Assembly (NCBI GenBank): GCA_036867785.1
Contig: CP145411.1
Location: 434,001 to 498,000, forward strand
From: Plasmodiophora brassicae
Taxonomy: Eukaryota
Length of the DNA: 64,000 nucleotides
Reading direction: 5' to 3'
In this document: positions 49,001 to 59,264 of the stretch, piece by piece
How positions within the stretch are numbered: the first letter of the stretch is position 1
Layout of the letters: each line of letters starts with the position of its first letter
Made by a program: the position numbers and the translations under genes
The notes under the pieces: model-generated
The model's input: only the letters and a program-made list of their open reading frames with translations
Told to the model about the DNA's origin: nothing
Databases searched by the model: none

Positions 49001-51428
49001 CATCGAACAGCATGAAGATGGTCGCGGAACGTAGGTAGGTCAGGATGATGTCGATGTGAGGCATCGGCCATGCAATGCGTTCGGTCTGTTTGTTGACGGC
49101 TTCATTGATGTCGACGGTCAGCCGATGGCCGCGAACCTCCGTGTCCTTCTTGTCGACGACCAGACACGGCGACGCGTACCTGCTGTGCGGATTGCGGTAC
49201 ACAAAATCGTTTTCCGCCAAGGTTCCTACGTGATCATCCATGAATTTTTGATGTTCGAGGGTATACCTTCGTGTTCGGCAACGAACAGGACGAGCATCTG
49301 CTTTGAAGTGTAGTTTCAGTGGACTTACTTTCGCAGGTGGATCACGGCCAAGCTTCGTTCGCCATATGTCTTTGTGTCGATTGACAGTTGTGCGTAGACG
49401 CGGGACTTGATCGTTAGGGAAACCGGAGTCAGTTGCACGTTGTATCATCCGGTCTATTGCCCTGTCCACGTCTGTATCGGAGTGTTCTCCGATTTCGACA
49501 TCATAGTCGTCACCCGGATCATTGGTGTCCAATTGGGGCTCATGATCGCGAGTTGTTCCACTTACCTCCGGGTGTCTTACCGCTCTCATCGTGATCCCTT
49601 GACCACCTGGGGCGTGACGTTCCGGGGTCGGATCCGCTTCGATGATGATAGGACCATTTGCCTCGATTAACATCTCCTTCAGTTGTGTAGCTGGATTGAT
49701 ACCCAACGCGTCCAGTTCCGGGGCTCCTAAAAGGACAATGTCATCAGATAGGTCTTCGCGACATACGTTGATTTCCCGCCCGCGTAGATGTGCAGGTTTG
49801 CCATGCGAAGGTGGGACAATGGTGATGTCCACGATCGCTGTGGCGACAATTGTTGTCGTAGCCCCGATCGTTGCAAGTTTCGCCTCCGTTGGATGGTCGA
49901 ACACTTTGACTGGGACATGCTGGATGGCTTGAATCCGTAGCAGTTGCGATTGCGAAATGACGGTCTTCGTCGCACCACTATCGGCTTCGAATGGAAGGTC
50001 GAGCGAGTTCTGGAAGCGAAGTCTCATAGGGGACGGTGTTGACGGCGACGGCGGGCCCATGCGCTTTGCCGTGTCTGCGTTGCCCTTACTCTCCTCCTTC
50101 TCTTTGCGCTCTTTCTGGAACTTTTCAATGGCAGCTTTGCGTTCTCCTTGAGTTGCCTTCGGGCACACTTGGACCCAGTGCTGCTCCTTGCAGATTAGGC
50201 AACCTGCCTTTGGAGGATCCTTACCTTCGAAACGTTTTCGGATGTGCTCGGGGATGTCCCTCGATTCGTCTTTCGTTTGCGATGTGGACGATTGAGCTGT
50301 CTTCAGTCCGATCGGATTTGTCGGATGCTTGCCGCCATTCCTATTCGGAGCAACAACGTCCTTACCTTTCTTACCTGCAGGTGGGGACATGGTCTGCGCT
50401 GGAGACTTCTTCTTCTCAGCTTGCAGCCGGAAGTGTTTGTCCTGCTCTTTGGCAAGACGGTCGACGAGGTCGAAGAATTTGAGCTCGTCCTTCTCAGCGT
50501 CCCTGCACCCTCCGAACTCGATCGCGCGTTCGACTAGAACCGCAAGGTCAGTGGGACGGATACCTCCGCGTAATACCTTGATCTTGCGCTTGGTTCCTTT
50601 CGTTCCTTTGGCGTATGTGTCTTGTAGCCCATAGTCGTCGATTAGCTCATCGAACTTGGCGAAGAAAGACGTGACACGTTCCTCAATACTCTTGATTGAC
50701 AGGTTCATGACCACTGTCTTCGTGAGAAGCGCCTTGATGTCTGTCGAACTCTCGACATCAGCCTCCCTGCGTTGGACTGACCTCAAGTAGCTCATGATGT
50801 CGCCATCCGTGATCGTGCTGGCGGGTTGACGTAGGCGATATTTCGACATCCCTCTGAGGACGTCCTCGGTAATGCATGACTTCACCGTTGGCGGATGAAT
50901 ATCCTCCTTGTAGATCAGTCGGCGCTCGTTAACGATCTCGACGTGTTTCCTATATTTCTTGAGGAAATCGTTAATTCCGTCCTTGGCCGTAAGGCTCAGG
51001 GTACGTAGGATGGGCGGTTTCAAAGGCATAAAGATCGGGCTCTTACCGTGCAGGTTTGTTGACTGAAGCCCTCGATCGATTTCGTCATCTGTCGACGATT
51101 CATGCTCCTTGGCCTCGGCGTCGGAGTTGGTCCTGGCGTCGTCCTCCATCTGTAGACGAACGGGCGCTCTGCGGCCACCTCCTGCCATTAAGTGAGTTCG
51201 TTTGCTTGGGGCTCTTTGCGCAAGAAGCTTCTGTGCTAACGCCGCCGCTGCCCACTACGGGGGCGGTCGGTCGCAAGAGTCGGCGCCTGGTGATATAACG
51301 AACTGATGTATTTGGACAGGATCGTCACAGCAAGGGCCGCTGCGGGGTCGAGTACGGTCATGATCATGTGACCGGGTGGCAGCAGCATCTGAGCAGCATC
51401 ATCTGAGTACTGGTACTCTGGATGAACA
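46093..51428 (-). mobile_element. Full-length Ty3/gypsy chromovirus-type LTR retrotransposon
   Basis: Identical 197-bp TG...CA LTRs (46093-46289 and 51232-51428); 5-bp TSD AACAG (46088-46092 and 51429-51433); short PPT GGGGAG next to the 3' LTR. Confidence 0.97.
46299..51188 (-). CDS. Gag-Pol polyprotein (gag CCHC, protease, RT, RNase H, integrase, chromodomain)
   Basis: Single 1629-aa ORF: CLICKEQHWVQVC, DSGA, FDAFKGYWQ, LWIDD, PDAS...IEKEAYA...TDHRNL, HHCC, SDRGTHF...NGTVE, WTGP and LLINWIGFDATDNSWEP. The PR-RT-RH-IN order indicates gypsy. Confidence 0.96.
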   Translation of the reverse strand: MAGGGRRAPVRLQMEDDARTNSDAEAKEHESSTDDEIDRGLQSTNLHGKSPIFMPLKPPILRTLSLTAKDGINDFLKKYRKHVEIVNERRLIYKEDIHPPTVKSCITEDVLRGMSKYRLRQPASTITDGDIMSYLRSVQRREADVESSTDIKALLTKTVVMNLSIKSIEERVTSFFAKFDELIDDYGLQDTYAKGTKGTKRKIKVLRGGIRPTDLAVLVERAIEFGGCRDAEKDELKFFDLVDRLAKEQDKHFRLQAEKKKSPAQTMSPPAGKKGKDVVAPNRNGGKHPTNPIGLKTAQSSTSQTKDESRDIPEHIRKRFEGKDPPKAGCLICKEQHWVQVCPKATQGERKAAIEKFQKERKEKEESKGNADTAKRMGPPSPSTPSPMRLRFQNSLDLPFEADSGATKTVISQSQLLRIQAIQHVPVKVFDHPTEAKLATIGATTTIVATAIVDITIVPPSHGKPAHLRGREINVCREDLSDDIVLLGAPELDALGINPATQLKEMLIEANGPIIIEADPTPERHAPGGQGITMRAVRHPEVSGTTRDHEPQLDTNDPGDDYDVEIGEHSDTDVDRAIDRMIQRATDSGFPNDQVPRLRTTVNRHKDIWRTKLGRDPPAKVSPLKLHFKADARPVRCRTRRYTLEHQKFMDDHVGTLAENDFVYRNPHSRYASPCLVVDKKDTEVRGHRLTVDINEAVNKQTERIAWPMPHIDIILTYLRSATIFMLFDAFKGYWQFPLHPDSQEACSFMTHIATFTPRRIIQGIADCVFAFQAGMQQVLGKLLYICALLWIDDILGYVSGFGAYMDTLESLLNAFDEFGVKLNPDRCQLYLTSVTWCGRVISADGVSFDRSYLNALHDLSTPITAADLQQFLSGLNWVRSVIPQFAAHVHPLQDLLLSASRSVSSLKKSHLRRVRLADIGWTTDHLTSFNSLKHRLSEAMTLAHTKDEWIMCLFPDASDRFWSVFLSQIPPEDIDLPYGEQHHEPLSFISGTFRGSQLKWATIEKEAYAIIEGCYRLRHFISMSKLALRIFTDHRNLVFILNPASVARISRTTGDRLERWRLQIIDLDFHIEHIAGEDNVWADLATRWGVALQPLSSFSPPSFRSIRHMAINLDFDDYKMTDEFIWPSVDEISNAQTDYIRQHDLSAVSDILQLEGDMSLHLSPESGWRTPDNQLWVPSHALQLRIAVISHMGLSGHQLAASTISSIAQLFWWPDLDSFVRAFVDKCLHCLRNKDSMIPRPYGTAMHADKPNKVIHYDFLFLSKPRPGDSHQLRYVLVLKDDATAFVELIPCQFADHSVVAESLLDWFKRFGIVFQHVSDRGTHFKNAVIAELNSRLHCNHHFTTAYTPWANGTVEVVNKRLLFLLKSLLSELNLPFQDWPYVLPLINMTVNHTVRSSVGYAPVTMFTGLPPSTPISIIFNKRIDAVIDVPLTPDRLKEMTTELIDSLEDMHKAVARTRTHLRDLKQRARRRRRNVREINFTTGDYVLVANHGKHSKSEYNWTGPAQIIDTINDWVYRVRDLLTDRISDVHAQRLMFYADAHLNVTSSLKHNIALTGVAYQVNAVEDIRVNSTSGDTELLINWIGFDATDNSWEPYSVMAADVPDIVRAFLERQAEGDPLCSRLLADF

Positions 51429-54400
51429 AACAGGGAGGCGCTCGATCCGATTGAAGTCTATGTCAGCAATGCCCATGCGTGATCCTAGTCGTAGACCCGG
51501 AGCATGGATTTCGTCGAGGCGGACGCACACAGCTCCTGATGGACCGCTTGAAAGATCGGTAATCGAGCCCGAAGCAAGCCGCTTTCCGTTCGATCCAATG
51601 ACGACATCGACGCGTAAACCGCAGGCAACGGTCGCTGGCGCAATCGGAACGGTGCAGTCGTTGAATTGCATGAAGTAATCGTACAGCGCCAAACATGCGT
51701 ACGCATCCCGACAAGCATACCGCACGAACTCGACAGGCAATGGTTTCTTCAGCCATTTGTCGGAGACCCGGATGTTTGGATCTTTCTCCATTGCGACGCC
51801 GAAAACGCGCTGCATCAAGTGAGCAAGTGATACCTTGCTGGACGCGATCTTGCCACAGCGTTTGCCGATCTTCGCCACATCGACATGACCGGTCATTAAC
51901 ACACCGAAGTCCTTCTGCAGTTTTTTGAGGTCCCCTTCAATAGATAGCCCGGCCTTCGTAACGGTTGGATCTTCAAGCAACATCTTCAGCCCAACTGGAC
52001 AATCGCTGAGCAATTGCAGAACGCGAGGAGGATGGCCGCGAAGTGCGATTTGTACCGTACAAACCGGTGACGTGATTGATTTCCACCTTGCGCCGTCCTT
52101 CATAAAGGTGACGTTGGACTCCGTATCGAAACCAACAACACGGTCAGCGATGGGAAGATTGCGGATGGCGCTACAGAAATCCGAAATGGCCCGGGTGTTG
52201 TTCAGGACAATGCCGTCGGGATCAGGCCAGCAGAACGCAGGAAACGGATCAGCGCCACGTCTGGAACTGTCATCCATCGACGTATCCTTGGATACAGTCT
52301 CTATAGCGGATGCAATCGAAGCGACTACGCGACCGATTATTTCGTCGTCAGGAGCTGCAGGATTGCTTGAATAACCATCAGCGACTTCCCGAGCGACAAG
52401 CAGGGCCGTCTGTGACATCATCTGAACGACATTCTTTACGATCGATTGTTCAATCGGCAAGTCTTCGTCTTCCACAGCAATCCTCAGCATGGTTTGAGCC
52501 TTATGACGAGCAGCAGAGATCACGCGAACGTTGAGGTCGGATAGCGCAGCGTGAATAGGGGTATCAGAGGAAACGGACGAAAGGAGTTGATCGAGAATTC
52601 GTTTCAAACTCGAGCAGAAAGCATCGCGCCTCGCCAATGCTTTGCGAACCCAGATGATCTCCATGAACGCGGAAGCGTCCTGGCAGCACCGATCCGAAAC
52701 GATAACCGATGCAAGTTCGAAGCCGTTGAGAAGACAGCGCAGCAAGTAACCTCGAAGCGCGACAAAGACTTCATTGAGCGAAGTGCTGTAGGTGAACCGT
52801 TGGAGCGTGGGTTCCTCGAACTCATTGACCGCTGTCAGGAGTGCGCTAAAGAGGGGATACGGGCCGAACATGCGCAACAGCTTCGGCACTTTAAAAGAGT
52901 GGTCCAGCTTCAGAACACGCCCATCGACAGTCTGTTGCAGCCGGTCCATCAGCGGGCGGTGCTCAGACAGGTATTTGAGGTACATAGCTTCTAGGAAAGA
53001 CGCCGAAGGAACGAAGCCATCGTAGCCGTTCGGGTCGTCGAAGGCCGAGAACTGTTGCGGCGAAATGGCTTGCTGCTTGGTAAAGGCATAGCCGAAACGA
53101 TGCAGACAATGTTGGAGGGCACCAAAATATTGGATCTGCGTCCTCGTGTACCGCAGCGTATGCGTCTCCATGAGATGGCGGGCGAATCCAGCGATCGATA
53201 CACCATGATCGACCAGCGACCTCATTTCGTCGAGTACCGACTTGTCGATCCCGCTGCGGTGCGTAATGAAGGCAGGAAAAACGGTGCGAACGAACGACGG
53301 CAGACTGACCAAGAGCTCGGGGTCATGGCCACTGAACGTGGACGGAGTCAGACCACGTGCTTGGCAATTGCCGCATCGGTAACGGCGGGTGACAACGTAG
53401 TAGGAGCGATCACGCCCAACAACGCGACGGCCCATGGTCCATCCCTTTCGCACGACATTGGGACGGCCGCGAATCTGCTTGTTGAAGCGTTCATGTCCAC
53501 ATCTCGGCCACTTTAACTGAAGATCGCAGAACATGGTCTCGACGTCCCAGATGAATACAGGAACCAAATAGAACAAATCCAATGAGATGTCCTTAATGTT
53601 CTCCCGCACACATGGCACTGGTGGATGCACCCAGCACTGGCCGTGCTTAACACCCGCTAGCAAAGCGCTATCATCTCGCCGAAGGTCGTTGACAATGCAC
53701 TCGAGATGGTTCCGCATGGCCGACGATATACGCCGTGAACGATTCTGAACCGAAGGGCCTGCATCCACATGCCCACTGTCCTCGTCATCTTCATCTATAT
53801 GCGCATGTGTGTAAGTGAGGGCCGCATGACAGCATTTGTCATCGACGATGCGCTCACCGGTTGTAATGCCGCCGTCGTCGGACTCATCGGTGGAGTCGGA
53901 CGTTTCCAAAAGTGCATCTGACGCTTGTAGCTCGAACGGCAGTTCATTGGCGTCGGCGCCATGGTCAGCAGAGCCATCCCTCCCCGACCGACCAAAGCGT
54001 CGAAGGAACCGATCCAATGATCCGCTTCCTGTAGTCAGCAATGGCATTGGCGGTACTCCCGAATGCACAGGTGAATTGCTCGACGGCGGCGACGATGCAG
54101 GGCTAGACGCCTCAGATGACATAACCGGTGAATCGCGTGTCTGGGCAATCGCAGCAGCAGTACCGGGAAGACACCGTACAGCAGTGCCTTGTGCAGTCGC
54201 CATACGAAGAGCGGCGGACGTCGAATCCTCAAGTGCTCGAAGAAGAGCGTTGTTGGTGGCCGGCTGGGCCGCTAGGGTCGATGACGATGTCGGCAGTGAT
54301 GCTACATCTGGCCGAGAACTGGACGAAACCGGTGGAATCACGACAGCACTGTCGTTGGCTGGTGTGACCGGTTCTGACGATGGCAGTGCAGGCAATGCGA

Positions 54401-54554
54401 GAGCTCGGGCATCTCGATCAGGACTGGAAGACACCGCGCGTGTTGCTGATCCAAGAAAATGATGCATGGACGTCTGCCGGCCGCCAGTCGGCGCTGGCGA
54501 CAGCGCCCTCGTTCGCTTGCGCCCTGCGCCTGGACGCGCTCCTCCCCTGGGCAT
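51429..54554 (-). CDS. N-terminal part of the transposase-exonuclease ORF (AT-hook-like start, DUF6729-like region, DDE residues, WRN-type DEDDy exonuclease)
   Basis: MPRGGARPGAGRKR; PVFIWD...RRYRCGNC...FPAFITHRSGIDK; VLKLDHSFK; VNEFEE; IVSDRCCQD; exonuclease motifs VVGFDTES, GLSIEGDLKKL, SDKW and YACRDAY. Confidence 0.78.
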
Positions 54555-54697
54555 GACCGACTACACAATGACACCCCAGAGTCAGCCCTGCGGACCAAGG
54601 AGCCCTCGTCCAACAAAAAACAACAACATAAAACGTCAAGCAATCGCTGCAATCCTCGTAAAACGTTGGTATCGAAAAAACAGCCATTCTCCACGGA

Positions 54698-55195
54698 GTC
54701 CGAGTCAAGGATGACTGTCAGTCCGAGTCAAGAGCGACTCGCGTCCGAGTCAAGCTCTGACTGGGCGAGTCGGTCCACTCACCGCGTGGCTGCCCCAAAC
54801 AAACAAACCCAACCGGAAATGCCACGGGTACTTAGCCATTGGACCCGGAAATGCCACGGGTACTTAGACATTGGTTTGTGCGCTTCACGGACAAACAAAT
54901 TTAGCCGACGACAAACCCAACCGTAAATGCCACGGGTACTTAGCGGAAATGCCGTAAATGCCACGGGTACTTACCGGAAATGCCGTAAATGCCACGGGTA
55001 CTAATTAGCCAATGGTTTGTGCGCTTCACGGACAAGCACAATAGCAGACGACAAACCCAACCGGCCATTGGACCGGAAATGCCACGGGTACTTAACCATT
55101 GGTTTGTGCGCTTCACGGACAAGCACATCAACGAAACCCAACCGGAATGCCACTGGCCACTGGACCGTCCGACTCAGTGCGCTTCACGGACAAAC
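54698..55195. repeat. Complex subterminal repeat array
   Basis: About 6 copies of AATGCCACGGGTA, 4 of GCGCTTCACGGACA and 3 of GTCCGAGTCAAG, interspersed. Confidence 0.88.
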
Positions 55196-55283
55196 ACGGT
55201 CATGTGAGTATCACACTCACATGACCGTTGAAATGCGCCGGCACCACGTTGTTGAAACAGGGCCACAGAGATGCATACTCCTA

Positions 55284-58200
55284 AGTCCTTCATCGGTAAC
55301 GATGGCCACCGTGAAGTGGGTGCGTGAGGAGTTGTGAAACATTATAGCTGCCAGTTCGTACAACTCGCGCTTCAGCTTGATATCCATCCCGATTGACTCC
55401 ACTGACCGAGTGGTCATCGGATGGTCCTCCCAGTACGGGACATTTAGAACCAATATCTTCGGACGGGTCACAACGTCTCGCTCGAGGATTGTCAGCGTTC
55501 CAGCGCATCTGAACCATCCATCCGCTGGCCTGAACATGGATTCGTCGTAGAGTAATTCCATATCAGTGCCGTCATCGGGGACAGCATTGCATCGCCTCTC
55601 TGTTGGACGGGACGATATGAAGCGCTCGATGATACGCTGAGCAATAGCTGGAACGCCGCCTCCTGCCGAAGTTTCGACGACAATCGCCCGGTGGGTTTTT
55701 CTCAGCTGGGATTGCGGTTGCGGGCAAGTGCTCTTCTGACATGAGGTTTCATCGACTGTCTTGAAATCGAACAAGTCCGGCTCGACGGCGTACAACGCAG
55801 AATGCAGGTCTCCATAGAAGTCCCATGTACGTTGAGAACCGTCGACAGGTCGCTTCATTCGCTGAGTTGCCCATATATATCGAGCTTCTTCATGCTGCCC
55901 AGCATGAAGAAGTCTTAGCACCCTAAGAAGGCATTCGTGCTCCTTTCCGATATCAAACTTGCGATATTGCTGCACAGACCAATATTAGATTCTTCAGATC
56001 GGAAAAAACAAGGCAGTGCTCAACCCATAAAAAGTACACGGCCATAAGAGCACTGTCCATTGGGCATGTATTGGTCGCTTGAAATGACCTAGCACAAAAA
56101 GCGTCAACTGCCTCGTTAGGTGCTACCTTACATTAACAAGTACCGGTAGGTGAACGACCATGGTATACCGACTCGTTGGAGCTCGGTGGATAAATCATAC
56201 ACGGCGCTATTGGTGTTGTCGGCCTGTAACGACTCATCTGGTGCCCGTTGAGAAGCCAAGTGACCATCAGCACCAGGGACCCTTCCTTGAGCACTCTGTC
56301 TTTGCTTCGCGTGAGGAGGTTCGTGTCTCGTCGAAGGAGATTCCGAGGCATGGGGTTCCGCCCTGCCATCACGGGTTTCGACAGCGCTTCCGCTTTCAAC
56401 CTTGTCGACCAGCGCGTAAAACGCGTACATTATCGGTCTATTTGGCGCCTCATCACGAGATACCCTTCTGAGTTTTGGGGACTGGAGACCATCATACAAA
56501 ATCCTTAGCCCTCCTGGCAGGTATACCATGCCAGAGAAGTGAGTGGCGTTGGAATTCGTGAAGAGCAAGCCGCACAGCTCGTATCTGAGTCCGCCGAACC
56601 TCAAAGTTTCAGAAGCCGAACGTACCAGAAGGTCCGAGGTGTCGATTCGGAGAATGGAAGGAGCTCTGAAGACATTCCACTGCTTATGGATGCGATCGCT
56701 GTCACATTTGTACATTATCGTGCCGTGCGGCCGGAGCCACGTCCTCGAACCACAATGCGGAACTGTTTGCCGTTACATGATCAGGTGATGCCAGGGCTCC
56801 GCATTTGCCCACACGTACTCCTGTAACCATGTCTAGCACAGTGTCGTTGATTCCTTGACAGTTAGGAGGCAGAGCGATACGGTCGAGCAAGTCGGACTCA
56901 ACTGTTTGGACGCTTTGTGGGCAATAGTCTGACGAACACGATGTGTCGACGACGTACTGGAAAGCGAATAAATCGCTCAAATAGTTGAGAAATCGTTCGG
57001 CCGGATCCCCTGACAAGTCGATCTGGTGTCCCTCCCCATCAGCAGGTCCGTTCAACTTGGCTGTCCACCACAAGTAGCGCGCCTCGCCATACTTCTCCTT
57101 CCGTACGCAGTCAAGTACTTCGTGCAGGATCGGATCGTCAGGAATGCTCAGAGCATTGTACTTGTACCACAAGTACACCATCATTAGAGGCGTATCGAGG
57201 TGTTGGTATAAGTCACGTCCCCGTAAGTGAAGCTCCAAGGTATCCCGAATGTGGCCCAGTTGACGTCAGTTCCCACTGGTGTGAGCCTGTCTTCGCAGCG
57301 ACTACCTCTTATCTTCTTGATGACGCGTTCTGTCGCAGCTTCCTGTTGCCGTCGTTTCCTCTTGGTCGCGGACCGGATCCTTGGAATTGTGTCTGGCGGT
57401 CTGCCATCGTTGCGAGCCTTGCGTGGCTTGTACTTGTCGCGAATGCCCACGAGTGCGTTGTTGTATGCAGCCTCTATCTCTTTCACGAATCGGTGAGTGT
57501 GACCAATTGTCTGACCGATTGTCATTTTCAGTGATGGTGCGCTGCGTTCCCAGGAACCACCAACGCTCTCCTGGGCGTTCGTGTCCCGGGACATGAATGC
57601 CATTTCGCTGGAGCCCAGAGCAGGAAAAATGTGCTTTCCACGACTCTCGTGCAGATGCCAATCCAGCCATGCTTTGAGCTTCGGATACTTACGAACGATC
57701 CCTTCAACACGATCTGCAAAGGATTCAGGATCAGTCTGCTTCAGCAACGACACCAGATTCTTGTAGCAAGCTTTCTGTTCAGAGCTGGGTACGAGCGCGT
57801 GATTGTTTGTGACCCTGGACAGGGTCCGTTTGAAATGAACTTCACAAAAACGGTAGTACCGCTCCATGTGAACATCGACGTCATCAGGAATCGAGCAGTA
57901 TTCCCGTAAGGCGGTTTCGAAGCCTGCCCGTTCAGCGTCCGAGAAATCGCAAGTGTTGCCGGGGAAAGTGTCCCCCCACTCATCCAGGTTACGGGGCATT
58001 TGCATCGACTGGAACAACGAATCGAAATGGAATGCATAATGGTCGGCACTTTTTCCATAGAGCAGGCTTATTAGGACAGGAATATTCCTTTGGAGTAAAG
58101 GACAATGACCTGTCGTCATTGTTATCGTCGCATTCCTGTAGGCATCTCTGCTGGCACCGATGATGTGCAGCTTTTCGATCGAGTCGCTTTGAAGTGCCGA

Positions 58201-59264
58201 TTCCCTGGCTTTAAGCCTTTCCCTCATAAAGTTGGTTTGAATCACGAAGCCCAGCACACTGATAAAGGGGAAAATCCGCTCTACACAATCCCGCTCATAC
58301 GTGTAGAGACCGGCCATGGACGAGTCGGGCCTCTCGACAATCTTCGATCGGTAGTATTTCACGCGATCAATGTTTGCAAGCGCACTGTGTAGTTGGCCAA
58401 GAGCAGGCCTGGTTTGGGCACCCACAAGTAGCTGCTTCGGCGTCAGCTCCGGCGCGAACTTGACCATCTGCTTAAACGCGGCATATGCTTCCGCCGAGGG
58501 CCGGGCCTGATGGGGGGTGGCCTCGGATGTCGGTGAACACCGTTGTTGGAGACGATAACTACGGTGGTAGACTGCCTATCGTGCTCCTCAATGGTGATCG
58601 TAGCCTCGCATGACAAGTGCAGCAGCGGTTCCTGGTGCTGCACGCATAGTGCTGCAGATTTCATCGGCAGGCAGTGTTTGCTGCGATTGCGCCTGGGAAC
58701 CTTCGGGCGCTCGACGTACCCACAATGCTCACGTGGGCAGACGTACACGCCGAGGCAGGATTTTACATGCCTTTTGCGGGCGGTTTTGTTCCCACTCGAG
58801 GTACTATACGTTACGCCTGCCCACCCGATTTGTCGATACAGCAATACATCTTTTCTGTTTGTCACCTCGGCCCTGTAACAAACGTTGCCGTTGGGGTATT
58901 CGCGCGAGCTGTCGATTTCTGGAGTCGGCCTGTTCGCGTTGGCCATGTTGTCGTCGTCATCTTCGTCAAGGTGTCGTTGCGCAGAGATATCGTGGGACTG
59001 GCCTTTGCGGATCGCCTGGTCCAAGAGTGGTCCGGGGACGTCAGCCTCAAACGTGCCTCCATGGGCGTCGTAACTGGCGACTCTGTCCTCTTCCAATGAG
59101 CAAACTGCCCCAGAGTCATGACGCGTCGTATCACGGTGTTGTGTTGCAGTCGGCTGTCTGTCGATGCCCAACGCTGCCAGGACAGCACCCGTATCTACAT
59201 CGTCAGTCGCTAGCTGCAACAACAGCTTCAGGCCGTTCACTAGCAGCTTGTCCAGCTGCGCCAT
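55284..59264 (-). pseudogene. Frameshifted GCM-like + Mutator-like transposase gene with two tandem USP-like cysteine protease domains
   Basis: KSCLGVYVCPREHCGYVERPK...CVQH...HLSC...NNGVHRHPRP (GCM-like); LQSDS, TCDFSDAE, FCEVHFKR and DTNAQES (DDE plus CxxH); then twice GIPWSFTY...NT(C)xxD, Cys pairs and YEL...THF. Frameshifts near 58500, 57200 and 56720. Confidence 0.62.

Larger units (their letters stand above)
44031..55283 (-). mobile_element. Putative DNA transposon encoding a DDE-type transposase/DEDDy exonuclease fusion (interrupted by a gypsy element)
   Basis: Short inverted ends TAGGAGTGTG (44031) and CATACTCCTA (55274-55283); perfect hairpins near both ends; subterminal CCACGG-containing repeats; each end truncates a different flanking ORF. 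Confidence 0.6.

Noticed and set aside
54810-55195. CRISPR-like array
   Set aside because: The repeats are irregularly spaced, the intervening sequences are themselves repeated, there are no cas genes, and the context is eukaryotic.
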